Assembly (NCBI GenBank): GCA_012295275.1
Contig: CM022667.1
Span: forward strand, 7,130,001 to 7,194,000
Length of the DNA stretch: 64,000 nt
Source: Chrysomallon squamiferum
Lineage: Eukaryota > Animalia > Mollusca
Direction of reading: 5' to 3'
Shown: positions 27,098 to 41,100 of the stretch, piece after piece
How the letters are laid out: each line of letters starts with the position of its first letter
Numbering within the stretch: the first letter of the stretch is position 1
Made by a program: the position numbers and the translations under genes
The notes under the pieces: model-generated
The model's input: the letters and a program-made list of their open reading frames with translations, nothing else
What the model was told of the DNA's origin: nothing
Database searches by the model: none

Positions 27098-29277
27098 AAT
27101 AACTACAAAAAAAGATATACGTAGAAACACATACAAATATAAATACACATAAAACACAAAGAAACATGAATATACATATGAATAAATGTACAAGGGACAC
27201 ACAAACATAAAAACACATACAAAAAAATACATACACACATAGAAATGTACAAATTTACGTACAAATATATAAATATATAAACCATAGAACTACAGAAATA
27301 AATGGACACAAAAACATAAACATATTCAAATATAAAAATACATAAAAACACACACAAATGTAGAAAAATGCACCATACATACAAAGAGATAATAACTAAC
27401 TATTTGTAGTGAAAATAGAGATGTACTGTAACTGTTTCCTTACAGTATCTTCGATGGAACTACGCAATGCAGAAATTTCGGGAGTTCATCAAGTGTATGA
27501 CACGTCGTGCCACATCAAAGGTGTTTGAAATGTACCTGAAACAGCTGCCACTGCCACCAGAAGAACTGTCAGAGTTAGAAAGTGATATCCTCATTCTTTT
27601 TTTCTTTCTTATTTGTTGTTTTAGCTATGATGGCTGCATTTTGTTTGCACATGTCTGTTTTCATGCAGTGTACTGATATCCTGCAGTTCTTGTATAAATA
27701 CCCTTGTGTTATGTCACAGACAACTAACTCAATTAAGAGTTATTCAGGGGGGTTGTTCAGCAAACCAGTTATTATTAATTAATATTTTTTTGAAATAACT
27801 ATTGATTATAGCAATATGAATGCTGTTTCCTTCCATGCAGTTCAAAAAGGTAAGTCCGGATTGTTGCTCTTTAAAATAATTAATATGTTAGTGTATGTTT
27901 ATTTCCTCTTTTTGATTCAGTTTTGTAATGTGATATTTTTCAGAAATAAAAAATAAGGATTTAATCATGAAGGATAAGGAGATCACTGGTAAAGATAAAG
28001 AGCCTGCCATAATTTCTAAAGATTCTAATCAAAAAGACAAAAATTTTGTTCCAAAAGAGAAAGATTCAATTCCAAAAGACAAAGATTCAGTTCCAAAAGA
28101 CAAAAATTCAGTTCCAAAAGACAAAGATTCAGTTCCAAAAGACAAAAATTCAGTTCCAAAAGACAAAGATTCAGTTCCAAAAGACAAAGATTCAGCTCCA
28201 AAAGACAAAAATTCAGTTCCAAAAGACAAAGATTCAGTTCCAAAAGACAATCATTCAGCTCCAAAAGACAAAGATTCAGCTTCAAAAGAGAAGGATTCAA
28301 TTTCAAAAGAGAAGGATTCAATTCATAAGGATAGGAGTCAATTAGAATGTGACCTACTTTGCAAAGAAAAGACTTCACATGGCAAATCAAGACTGTCAGT
28401 GAGCAGCAAACAGAGAATAAATGAACATCATAGACTTATTTCAAGGGAAACTGATAAGTCACAGCAAAAAATTTACATTTACAGAGATAAGGATTTAGGT
28501 GTGATCAGCATCAGAAAACTGCCACGAGATCTGCATTTCTGGATAGAAATAAACAAGTAAGTTGTAGCATTGATATTACACATAGTACACCTAAATAATG
28601 ACATATCTTTCTGATATGCTGGTTTATATCTAGATCATGGTGTACCTGTCACATACTTACTTGTACCTACACCACGACCTCTTTGTTACCTATTTTTACC
28701 TACAATTATTATGACATGTAAATTTTACAACATATATGTATACCAGTACATTATATATATCTATTATATCAATACATATCTGTTATATTTGTTTTTACCT
28801 ATACAGAGGTTCTTATTCTAACCCCTTTTCAAATCATTTTGAAGGTTTGTGCCACTTAAATTGAATTTTATACTGATCATAGAGGTACGATGAATTATGT
28901 ACTGAATTTAATATCTCCTCCAAGGAGATGCCACTGTTCACAAACATTTGCTATATTATGACATAAATATTTGTACCTAAGCATCCTTAGATGTATAAAC
29001 ATATCTGTGTTAGATATATTAAAGAAATTACACATCTATTTTAGACATCACAATCTCCATTAGAGTTACATATTGTATTAGACTTGTTATGTCTTCATTA
29101 TTTAATTATGAAATATGTAAAACATTTTCTTGTTTCCACAGATACAAGTATATGGTGGACAGCTTGAAGTATTTAACAAGAGTGACACATGTTGATTCAG
29201 CCATATTATTGGCCAAAGCTCGTGTTTTAGTAAAATGCTTTCTTTCTGCTGAGATTGGAACAAAGGCTAGGGTAAGA

Positions 29278-29309
<32 letters not shown>

Positions 29310-31025
29310 TGTTTGAGGTGAATTTACTATTATAAAAAATGTTCAGTTTTGACAAGTTACTGGTACACAAGTTCTGTATTTTGACAGGTGAATATTCCTG
29401 AAGAAATGGTGGGAATTATTATTAGAAATCTGAATCATCGAGGTCCACTGCGAAGTCTGTTTCATGATGCAGGCATCAAACTCACCCCTGTTCTGTTTCA
29501 ATTCTGGAAAAGGTAAACACATTTATTTTCCTTTTATTACAGTTCAAACATTTTTACTGTTATAACAGTGTTGGAAATGGAAGTGTGCCCACACCTATCA
29601 CATATCACATGGTGAGGCATTTGTAAAAAGTTCCTATGTTTGTCTGTATAAAATAGATAATAAATTTTAAAAATTGTTTCATGAGAGAAATAATTCTGCC
29701 AGTATTTAAAGAATTCTCTGTCCTTGAACTAGGAACTACTCAGCAATCATTTACAATCATCCCTGAAACGATTAGACAGGGTCATTTGACGTAGAATGCT
29801 GGAATGGTATTTTCAGTAAAACTGTTCTATGTTAACAATATTTTGTGTGATATTGGCTCTGATTTAAACAACATTGAAATTGTGTTTGCCAAACAAATCT
29901 TGTTCACATCATAGTTAATATTTTCTGGACTGGTTAAGTAACTATTGATCTTGGAAAGAACATTACAAATGATTTACTTATTGTAATGAAGACATTGATT
30001 ATTTTTATTCTGTTTATGAAAGTCAAAATGTATATATATAATAATGAAAATGTCTGTGTGTAGGTGATTGCTTAAACTGTGTTCTTTTTTGGTACTTTTA
30101 TTGTTTTATTCTAATCAAATAATGAGACTTATTTTGGTTATTTACTGATGATGAAGATTTATTAATTAAATTTCAGATTCAAGTCAGACTGGCCTCACGG
30201 TTTCACTCTGGAACAGTACTACAGTCTGCTGAAACAAAACCGAAACAAAGCCTGGATGAGAAGCAAGAAAGAAAAAGTCAGCGAATCCAAACCTGTTGAC
30301 TACTTGTCAGAAATATCATATGCTGGATCAGTTCCAGGTCTGTTGTGTATTTTCTCTTCAGTTTCAGGCTGTTACGTTCATATATATTTTCTATTCAGTT
30401 AGGAATTTGTTACATTCATGTCTGTTTTCTGTTCTGTTATGAATTTGTTACATTCATGTCTGTTTTCTGTTCTGTTAGGAATTTGTTAATTAATCATTAT
30501 TTTCTGAATAGTTACAAGCTGTTTATTTCATATGCATTCTGTGTACAGTTTGTTACATATATATGCATTTTGTGTACAGTTACAGACTGTTTACATTCAC
30601 ATGTATTTGTATATACATTTACAGGCATGTTACATTTATAATATTTTGTATTTTTTGTAGTTGGGAATTTGTTACATTTTGTTATGTATTCTGTTGTTTA
30701 TTTTGTACTGTATTGAATAATTTGTAGTAATAATTATTAGTTCATTGTTTGGTGTGTAATTACTAATGAAAATGAAATATTTTAAGATGATGAATCAGAT
30801 CATATGTCATTCTGTATAAGCCAAGGAATACATGTGATTACCTCAAAGCGAGAGAAGAAACTTCCAGCATCTCACCTGAAGAGAGGCAGCTCAACCTGTC
30901 TGAGGAAGAGGAAGCTGAGAAGAAAAAAGTGTTACGGGTTCAACCGCAGTTTGCTACGGATACCAATACCTTCCAGTTCATTCACCGTTTTCTGGAACTG
31001 CACCAGCCATGATGAGGTTTTCTAG
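15315..31025 (+). CDS. RGSL1: Multi-RGS-domain protein, RGSL1/RGS22-like, ~22 exons
   Basis: Exons: 15315-15330 (tentative MENDL), 16118-16200 (CFVDHFNVFLMLP), 16543-16620 (VFGQNIIY), 17017-17155 (KWLFVERFPKF), 17440-17694 (GMKRFRDSLIGTVGEKVYHCWLDIE), 18112-18326, 18481-18913, 19427-19739, 20303-20576, 20711-20773, 21060-21288, 21462-21557, 24119-24305, 24496-24692, 26092-26209, 26728-26929, 27446-27581, 27841-27849, 27944-28556 (DLHFWIEINK), 29142-29271, 29388-29512 (VNIPEE...LFHDAG...FWKR), 30177-30337, 30787-31025. Phases are consistent and motifs match my recollection of RGSL1. Confidence 0.8.
19735..20120. repeat. ~52-bp intronic tandem repeat starting at an RGSL1-like 5' splice site
   Basis: ttcag|gtataaacacagaaattgtta recurs at 19788 and then degenerates to ttcagatatt/ttctgatatt; about 7 copies. 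Confidence 0.8.
21640..24030. repeat. 31-bp minisatellite (ctaatttgtctaacacacagatactgtaatt), ~2.4 kb, with higher-order blocks
   Basis: Dozens of near-identical units in two variants (tactgtaatt / tacagttatt); a recurring ccaactgattctg block appears three times. Confidence 0.97.
24925..26091. repeat. 27-bp minisatellite (aaacagaactgactactgtaatgttgt) running into the acceptor at 26091
   Basis: About 40 copies; explains spurious minus-strand ORFs 25531..25977 and 25577..26041. Confidence 0.96.
28030..28330 (+). repeat. Coding 21-bp repeat (KDKDSVP)n inside an RGSL1-like exon
   Basis: ccaaaagacaaagattcagtt repeated about 13 times in frame. Confidence 0.92.
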
Positions 31026-31432
31026 TTTGTCTTTAAACTAAGTAGTAGAGGTAGTCACTAAACCAGTTAATATCTGAAAATAAATATGTGTAATGCAAAA
31101 ATAAAATTAATTAAAAAGAAAAAAAGGCAAACAGTTATGAAGTTGTTTTTTTAATGAACTAAGTAGCAATAATAATGAAACACTTATTACATTCTGCTGT
31201 TTTGGGGTACAAATAGACAAGGAATATTCTTCACAAAATCATGTTTCCATTTATCTCAGTTCTTAAAATCAGTTTAATAGTTTATTGTTTATTTTCTTAA
31301 CACACTGATTCTGTTCATTCTTGTTATGAGATAAAACAACTATATAGTCACTCCTTGTAGTATCACTTAATGTTTTTCACTGCTAGTCCCAAAATTGTAA
31401 TACACACACACACACACACACACACACTTTAA

Positions 31433-31877
31433 ACCTCAATTTCACAGACCTCAATTGCCCAGATTTTGGAAAACCATTGTCCAAACCTGGAAAAATAACA
31501 AAATTTAGATTTACATCTATTTCCCACTTGGAACCTTACCTCTACATACTGTTAAGTTAGTCTGAGTCCAACTATACGAAAACGGCAAACTCTTCCAACC
31601 CACTTTCCACTAAGGTAAGAGTAAATTTTACAGTTGCACCCATAACCATCCTAACCTAGCAAACTTCACCCAACCTGGCCTATATTTTTCTACAAACACT
31701 GTATGACATTTGTTTACCTTTCTATTTATGTCTGTATATGTTCTTACATTATTATTTTACAGAAACTATTATGTGTATTAAAGTTTAATGTTTCAATTAA
31801 TTTTAGGGTTAATGTTTAAATATGCAATTTCACAGACTGGTGCTTCCTCTTATTAGTCCATGAAATCAAGGGTCAGT
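31433..31877. mobile_element. Possible degenerate MITE with decayed terminal inverted repeats
   Basis: Left cctcaatttcacagac versus reverse complement of right ccttgatttcatggac; differences are transitions; flanked by (CA)n and (TA)n. Confidence 0.4.
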
Positions 31878-33600
31878 ATATATATATATCTATATATCTA
31901 TAGATATATATATATCTGAGGGGTGGGAACGGATTATGTGATATATGTAAACATGTGCAACTCACTAGTTCACCACTATATAAAATCACTGTCCTAGCAA
32001 CAAACAACCAAGACAGGGTTTCAAATCACAGAGCTTTAATACTAGGTAATCCATGATACAGAAATATTAAAGTATACTGTAATACTGGCATCTCCAAGGA
32101 GGACAAACTGACCATGTATTTAATTAATACAAAGCATAATAAAGATTCTACAGTTGTAAAATCAGAACAAATTAAACAAAAACAAAAACGAAACTAATAA
32201 CCCTGGTGTTTAGATAAAAAGAAAATAATTATAAACAAATATATTCAAAACAAATATGATCAAATATCTAATATTAATGTCAACTATCACAGTTCATTAA
32301 ACATGGCTTCTGGGAGGAGCTATCTATGGGTAAAACTGCTACAATTCAATATTCCCTATATACAGATTTCATGATATCATAATTATATAGTTAAGTGGAA
32401 GTAACATGATATGCTACATAATGCCATTAATATAGTCCCACTCAGTCTGATACTAATGAAATAATCTATCAATATTTGGTGCTCATTAAATCACTTAAAA
32501 ATGTATGTTAGTTCATTCAGTGCTGATTAATATACGTTTCTCCTAATCCCATGTGTTAAAAATCATCTTTAACAAAAGCAGTTAACTTCAGGTTGGAATT
32601 TTAAGCCCACTGTTTGTGTAATAATAGGGGTTCTGTTGTCTTTTTTAGGAATACATTAACATCTAGATGACACTAGGTTAATGTGTGTGTTTATCTGTTT
32701 CAGGCACTTGGACACCTGGCATACTAATACTAATACAATACATCTGTCTGTAATCATTCCTACCGCTTATGTTAACTAGAACTAATTACATTGTATAAAA
32801 ATCCTCTATACACATATATGATATTAATAATAACTTTTATTTCAAGTTACACCAAGACAATTGTTAAATTGTGTGCTAGCATATTCAAAATAAATGAAAG
32901 TCCAATCTGGCAGTAGAATATATTATTGTCTCAACTTTAATATATTATAAATTAATTATTCTTTTTAGTAGACATATTAAAATGAATGCAAAAATTTGAA
33001 TTAATTACTAATCTCAGCTGATCTGTAGAACGTAAGTGAATCCATTATTAACCAAATATAAAAATGCTTAACTTCACTAACAATTATTTAAGGTTCTGTC
33101 ATGTGAAGGACAAGAATGCAATTTTTTTTTTAAAATAATAATACTTTAAAAGATAGGAATTCATTGTTGTTTCTGTTGATCTTTGAAGCAAATCGAAAGA
33201 TATGTTACAGACTTATTAAAAACATCTAAAACCGAATTCGGTCTGTCTGTGCTTTCAGTAATTAATCAATTATCAAAGCTGGCGATTTATCGTTTCATTG
33301 TTTATTGTTAGTGAAGAACTTTTCTACTCGGCGACATTAACGTTATAACTGATGATAACAGCGAATAAGAGCACCGCACTTTGCTGTTCAAATACTTCTA
33401 CAAGTCAGCCATATTAGGATATGGCAACCGTCTCCATTCCCCCCAAATTTAACTAATTGAAAGTTATCACCCCACAAAACTTTGTTTGTATTTCATAGTG
33501 GTACGGATCTAAACCTTTTTTTTTAATTTTTTTTATTTTTTATCGTTATTATTAGATTTGAATATAGATATACGTAATTCATTCGATATGCTAAATAATC

Positions 33601-33631
<31 letters not shown>

Positions 33632-35172
33632 TCGACCTTAGTTTAGATAAAACATGTTTTTTTTTTTTTTTTTCCTTTTTCACAATCAAACATTAGTTCT
33701 AATGTCCACAAGCCATTAAAATCTACATTTCATTTCTCAGGACTCTTCCAGAAAATTCGGCGCTCAACAGTTTGTCGCATGACGTAACAACACTCCTGAG
33801 TATCGATCTCGCGTCTTAATGGACATCTGAACAGGTCATTAAAAAAAGAAACAAAAAAAGCTCTCTTGGAATAATTTTCAAAGATATATATATATATATA
33901 TATAATCGTAGTCAGAAAATTAAAATATATGCAAATAATAAACGACGGCGAGAGCAGCTAGATTTTAACTGGCTATTTGGTCATGTGGTACAGTGACGTA
34001 TTAGATTCCTGTAGGTGACTGCAGACACTATTTTTTCTGTGGAAAACGAATGATCACTGTATGAAGATGCTTTATTTAAGACAGGAAAACAATAATTTTA
34101 TTGAATTCTTTAGTGAACTTCACGTTTGATATGCAGCAATGTCAGTCTGAAGAAGCCAGAAAACAAGATTATGAAGATAGAACTGGAAATCTAAAATCGT
34201 GAAAACATCGCTAGACATAGATCATTAAGCAAATCAATCTTTTATTTTATCAATTTATTGGCTATATATTTAACAAGATATAAACAGAGAGTCTTTTGTT
34301 GTTAACTTCCTTGGAGCAGTGCGCACCTCGGTAACTAACTCGCCACTGATTTTCTCTGGTGAACACAACTCGATCTCTATTAATTTTAGTGAAATAGTTG
34401 GTTTTTAATGGTTTCTGGCTGTTTCAGCGTTATTAAAAAGTTATAGATGTCAGTCCAAACGCTTCAGCTGAGCTCGACATCCACGTACCCATAGCCCCCA
34501 CCCAAATAAAAAGAAAAGCGGCCTTTCAATGCCCAGGTTGTCCACACTTCAGCCTCAGTGCCGGGGCTACCACATAGGCGAACAAGGCAGACGGCTAGGG
34601 CGTTAATATCGGGGGGGGGGGGAGAGCGCATTTGTCCAAATCAACAACAGTTTTGAAACCAAACTGAAGATGGTAACTCCTTACTGTAATGGTATATACA
34701 AGGAAAGAAATGGCCTGTGTGGGATATTTAATCCGTGACAAAAATCTTGCCTCTAGAGATCACACAGGATGTTGAAAATAAATGTTTTAAAGATATTGTT
34801 TATAAATTTTGAAAGCCATTTATTTTTTCCCCGCCGGTAAAATAATATTTTTTGTTGCTGTTGTTTTTACATTATTATTTATTTGTTAACCAGTAACAAA
34901 TACTGCTTTATTTCATCAAAAGATTATCTGGTTAAGTTTTGTGTTTGGAAGTAATTGACAGAATTATAACTACGCAGGTTTCTGTCAGGTGTAATTTTGA
35001 AAATTAACAATGAACTAAGTTTACTGAAAAACATTTTAATATTATGTTAAGCAGTTTCCATTTAAATCTGGATTCTTTATACCATGACAACTGTGATACT
35101 TACTGCCATTAACAAACAAACAACAAGAGTTTTTGTAAAACACGTTTTATTGGTAATACTGTATTTAACAAA

Positions 35173-38100
35173 CTATTTGCTGTGAGTTGAGTCAATGGCG
35201 ACTCTGTCGGCTACAAGCCAGGTTGACAGAACACAGGAAGGTGAATCGAGCTCGCAGCACCTCTGTCCTGCCTGAGATCTCTCAAACGCTTCCTGTGCCT
35301 CTTTGTGTAATGTAGAAATCACGGAACATCCAGATACTGCAGTAACTGCTACACTTGTGGATGCAGGTGATGATCCTGGTATTTCTAAGTCATGGAATAT
35401 TTGCTCAACAGTGCTAGCTTCTAAAACTGGAAGATCGTTAATTGTGTACAAATTACTGACAAGTTTATCGACATAGTCGTTGTTTGAAATGTCCATAAAT
35501 GTTTGTTTGTGAATATTCGGTTGTCTTTCATGGCTGCTCACCTGATAATTGTCATGGTAACAGGGAGTAGTGTCTGAATTTTGTGTACTTGGCGCAACAG
35601 TAGTTTCAGTGACGCCTTTGTACACACTTGTGTAACTGGGGGTGTACTTGGGTATTCCAGTGACGTTCAGCAGTGACTTGGATTCCAGTTCACGAAGGTC
35701 CTCCAGCACCCAGGTCAGACACTTAGCTCGGTAACCCTTCGGGAAATTCTGTGGCAGGCCTTTGATCAGATTCTGTATAACTCTCTTTTGGTTGAGGTGG
35801 TTGGCTTTGTCATTCTTCTTGCAGCGCTCCATGTATTGACTGATAACTTTTGGTTTCACTTTGTTTATTTTATCAAAAAGAAGTTTTCTGTGTTCCAGCT
35901 TGCTACTTGTCAACGGTTTGTGTTCTCCTTTCTGTGACGTCTGGATGTTCCTTAGCGTCCGCTGCACGTCTGCTATGAACCATTTGTAGTCTCTGCACGT
36001 TAGCACTTTCTGATAGAAGTACAACCACTTTGACAACAACTCCTTCTGCCTTTTAGCATTCAGCTGACAAAATTTTTCCATCGGTGATATATTTACGTCT
36101 GTGTCTTTATATCTTGATTTCTGTTTCAAAGCTGCTTTTCATAAAATAAAAAATTTACAGTAATACTAAGTGAAAACAAATCAAACAGTTAAATTCAGCT
36201 GTATAATACAAGGAAGATTAGTTGATATTCTTAAAGTTTGTATTAGCAAAATATTTTAAGCAAGAACAAAAATGAGCAAACAGGGAAAAAGCCAGATATT
36301 TTTAGTCTTTGTATTTACACACTCTGTTCAAACAAAATTATTAACTTTATTTGTTAAACAGCAACAGTTAGCTCTTCGTTATGTTAAAACTATACCATTA
36401 CAGGATTTTTTGGAATGCTTGTATTCATCTAGCACGGCATCCCTCGCTCTGTTGAAGTATCTAATTTTTTCTGTGGGTAACAGCTCCTCCCAGTGTTTGC
36501 GCAGAATGTTGTCCAGCTGGCTAAAATCAGCCTCGGGATGAAGTAGGTGATAATGTCGACGATGTTCGCTACGACAAGACAATGAAGGAAAAAGATAAAT
36601 TATTTTTAATTTTTTTTTTTTTTTTTTGTGGGGGTGTGTGTCTTTTTTTGGTTCTGTGTATGCTAAGTGATTTCTTTGATTGTGACTTAATAGAAAAAAT
36701 TACATATTAATTAAGAGATAAAACAATGTACCTGGACCAGAGAACACAGGCATGTTTGTTGTAGACTGGATTAGCCAGCAGTTCCGCATCCAGCGCAGGT
36801 CCGCGTTTCCTCCTCAGTCCAAAAATATTAGATGACGTACACACAGTAGAACTTAGTTTGGGTTTGTTCTTCCTGTATTAGAAGAAAAACATGATTTGAA
36901 ATACAAATAAATAAATAAATAAAATCTAATAATACTACTAATAATGTTTAATGGAACATGCATACACATATCTTTACGTACTGAATAACATATATTAATT
37001 ACCCTTTTTTGAGTTTCCGTTTTTCAGTGATTTTGACATTTCCCATTTCTTTATCATCTTCTTCATTCTGTGATTCAGTGTTCTGTCTCGACTCACCGTC
37101 GTCGTCTGTCAGCTGATGCTCCAGTAAGTCTTGTTTGCGCCGATGTCTTCTCACAGCTAGTTTCCTCTCAGGTATGTCTGAGGGTCCTGACTGAAGCAAT
37201 GTCGTACTTTGTATCTGTTTTGTCTCAGTGTCACATTTTGCAATTTCTTGTTTTTTTCTCTTTTGCTTAATTTTGAGAGGAGACTCGTTGCCGTATTTTT
37301 GTATGAGACGCTGGCTTCTTTTCAGTGGTGTTAAAACTACTTTAGGAAATTTCGATTTGTGACTGTTCACTTTGACAGAGTTTGACATCAGCTCTGATGA
37401 TGCGGCAGTCATCTCTGTGATATAATTTGATACATCATCATTAAAGTTATTTTCTTCATGGATATTAAAATCTTTCTTCTTTGAATCAACTTCAGCACTG
37501 GATTTGCTGTTTAAGTTTGACGTGAGTTTTGAATTTTTTACAGATCTGACGTGCTCTGAGAGAACAGTTTTCTCTCTTCTTGAATGAGCTGGGAAAGTGG
37601 ACGAATGCAAATCCGAAGAATTATTCACAGATGATGAGTGACAGTTAAAAGCTGGATCTGGCTGACATGTAACAGATGATTTGCAATTCGAGCATTCCTG
37701 GCTGTTGTTTATTGAGTGAGACTGACAGTTATTTGACTTGGTGCAGTTTTGGCATACTAATGTTGGGGAAACACTAGGAGATGGTTTGTAAACCCACGGT
37801 GTAGAACTACTTGTGGGTCTCGGTGTAGTTTTCAGCAAAGACACTGGACGTGCACTTTTATTTTCAACAAATTGCTTGCAACTAACTCGACTGCTTTTGT
37901 CTTGCGATGACACACTTGTTTTTGAACTTTGATATAATAATTCATGTTTTGTTTTTATCTCTTCTCTGTAGGATTTCTCATTTGTGTTGTCGTCGTCATT
38001 ACAGATTGTATACTGTATGTCGGTACTAGTTACATTACTTTGTTCTTGAATTTTACGTTTTTCTTTGTCACATGTTTTGGGTGAAGTGGTCTCTGGCCCA

Positions 38101-41100
38101 TAGCTAGCAATACGTGTTAGGTTTACAGTATGGTTATAGTCTTGTAGTGCATTGTCTGTGTCACTTTTTGACAATAAACTTATACGAGATGAAATATTTA
38201 TGTACTTTTTCCATCTGTTTTCTGAGTTTACATTTGTAATTTCTTGATTCTTTTCATTTCTTTGCCTGTATGATTTCTGAGAATCATCAACTATCTGCAT
38301 GTTTTCTGTTTCACATTTAGTATTGTCAAAGCTCATCTCATTTTGTTCTTTACTAGCTGAAGTTGTGCTAAGTTTGTTAACAGTGCTTACATCGTCGATG
38401 ATTTTAGAATGACACTGAACATGTGAGTCCCATTCAAAATGAGAATTTAACAAAGAGGAACATGGAGTTTCACAGTGATCAATGTCAGTGAACGAGTCGC
38501 TGTTTCCACGTTCCAGTAACAGTTCATTTTCTCTTTCTGTTGATTTACTATGTCGTGAATTTCTTGTAGATTTGCGGTATCTGACGCCTGATGGCAACCC
38601 TTCCCAAAGTTCGCTGTCCTGCGATTCACTTCTCAGGCGCCGACGTCTAAGAATAAAGTCATCAACGTTGTATCTGGCTGCTGACGTGTCTGACTCACTG
38701 GATGATGTGTCAGCTTGTTCATCTAATAAATCGTATGACCAGTCAGTAGCTGGTGCACCGAAATCTGTATCGTGCGATGTCATACTGGTAGTTGTTGCAT
38801 TTTCAGACGTAGATGCATTATCCTTGTCATTTGCGATGGAAAACCAATTATTTGATTCAGAATTACTTGTACTGACTTTGGGACAAGACAAAAAGCAATC
38901 TTTTGTTTCATTTGCGCTCAGTGTTGATTTATTTGGATTTGTATTAGTACTTACATCTGTTTGTATGGATTGAAACTCCTCGGTCAAACTTTGTATTTTA
39001 TCCTCGTTTACTATACTTTGTCGTGTAACACTCTCTGTATGTTCATCATTTTCTACATTTATTTTTTCTATTGAACTGTTTCCAAGACATGCTGTCATTA
39101 TAGAGTGCAAGCCGTCAAACAAGTTCCTGTCCGAATGGAATTTATCACTCTTCTGTTTCAGCAGTGTGTCTGGTGTTTTGTCAGATGTATAGGAACTGTT
39201 TTCAATACGGTTTCTGAATGGACATTCCAGGGAATCATCCAAGCCCTCGGTGTGATTTATTTCTTTGTCTCCGTCAACTATTGGTTCAGAACTATTTGTC
39301 AGGCTGGAACTGTTACTGTTGTTCAACACTGACTCCTTGTCAAAACAAAGTGTTTTAAGAGTATGTTTTGTGATCAGCTCTTTGTGACTGGGTTCACAGT
39401 ACTTATGTGACAAACGTGGACTTCTACGAATAACAGTGAGGTTTTTGTGCCGTTTGATGATTGACTGATCTGAAGTTGTTTCCTTCCTTGCTGTAGTGTT
39501 TGTAGATGAAGCAAATTCTTCTCTTACTGATGTGCTAAATACTTCACTTTCTGAATGTTGAAAAGATGATCTTGACTGTCCGTTGGTTTCCGACAAGAAC
39601 AGTTTGCCAGATGTTCCTCCTGGACAAACGCAACTCATTTTTAAGCCATTATTTTTGTCTTTGGAATCACTGGAGTCACCAAAAATGATACATCTCCTGG
39701 TTTTCCTGGCAGAGGAACCTATTTTTGTCTCTAAAACTGAACCACTAGACGAAGCAGCGTGATCAAAGCTAGATTCTGAATCTGAACACTTGGTAGGTGA
39801 TCTGTCCACAGAATGTGAGCTGCTTCTTGTATGTCTGGAGCTACATTCAGTAACTGGATTTTCTTTCTCACTTGTTTTAATCTTCTCTTCTTCACTCGTT
39901 TCTTCAGAACTGTCTCTCATCTTGGAATATTTGCTAAGACTGGAAGACATAGGCTTCAAGTTTGGTTTAGTTTGGTATGTTGGTGATCGTGTTTTGTAGG
40001 ACAGATTTGTTTTATGATCAATCACTGGATCGCTTGCTGTTGAACAGGCCTGGATTTTATGGTCTTTAGAAACCATGAGGCAAGATTTAGTATTATTGTA
40101 TGCTCTGGTATGTCTTGATGGGGTGCCGCCATCTCGGTCTGTATCAGTTAAGTGGGGTCTTGTTTCGCTATCATAGCTGTGTCTGGGCAGCTTTGCTGGG
40201 GGTCCTTCGACATTGCACGCGCTGGCTCGTGAGCTGTTTCTCGTTTGTCTTCCAGGTGTCCCAGCCTGTGTCTCATGTTTGACCAACACATTCCGTTTAG
40301 TCTGTTTCAAAGCGCTGGTGCCTGGACTTTCAGGGTCAAGTTTTGCTCTGCTTCGTGTCAGACGTGAAGGTGTTCCGGTATCTTTGACAGTGTCACCTGA
40401 GCGTTTTCCTTGACAAAGATTAATTTTATCCATACCTACTTTCATGCATCGTTTTGGTGTACCGCTTTTCTGAGAAGTAAATATAAACATAAATGAAGTA
40501 AATTAACATTTGAATGTTGACTGTTGTTAGGTACATAGCTGTTGTTATTATTTCATTTTACTCTTTGTCAGTGGTGACAAAAACCTATCTGAAACTGATT
40601 ACTAGCAACGATTATTTTACCTATAATTATCTTCCCAACAGAACCCACAATCTCTTAAAAATTAATCATACGGCTCTAAACAAACTTAACACTAAATAAA
40701 TATGCAAACATTTACACTAAATAGGTGCATATTTACACATAATACGAGTATGAACATTTATATTAAATAGGTGAAGAAACGTCTACACTAAACAGGTAAT
40801 GAACATTTATATTATATATGTGTTTAAACATTTTCACTAACAAGGTGTATGAATATGTATATATAATGTACAAACATGGACATTAAATAGGCCTAAGAAC
40901 GTTTACTCTAAATAGGTTATGAACATTTACTCAAAAAACATTTATTAGCATTTATACTAAATTTGTATATGGACATTTACATTACACTGTGTATGAATAT
41001 TTACACTAAATAGGTGTGTTAACATTTTCATTAAATAGGTGTATTAACATTTGCATTAAGCGAATGTACAAATATTAACATTAAATAGTCGTATGAACAT

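Noticed and set aside
26900-27384. Hydrophobic Cys/Val/Tyr-rich ORFs
   Set aside because: Antisense translation of CA/TA-rich low-complexity intron.
28025-28390. Alternative-frame and antisense repeat ORFs (LLELNLC, SFGTESL, QKTKIQF)
   Set aside because: Shadows of the 21-bp coding repeat; only the KDKDSVP frame joins the flanking exons.
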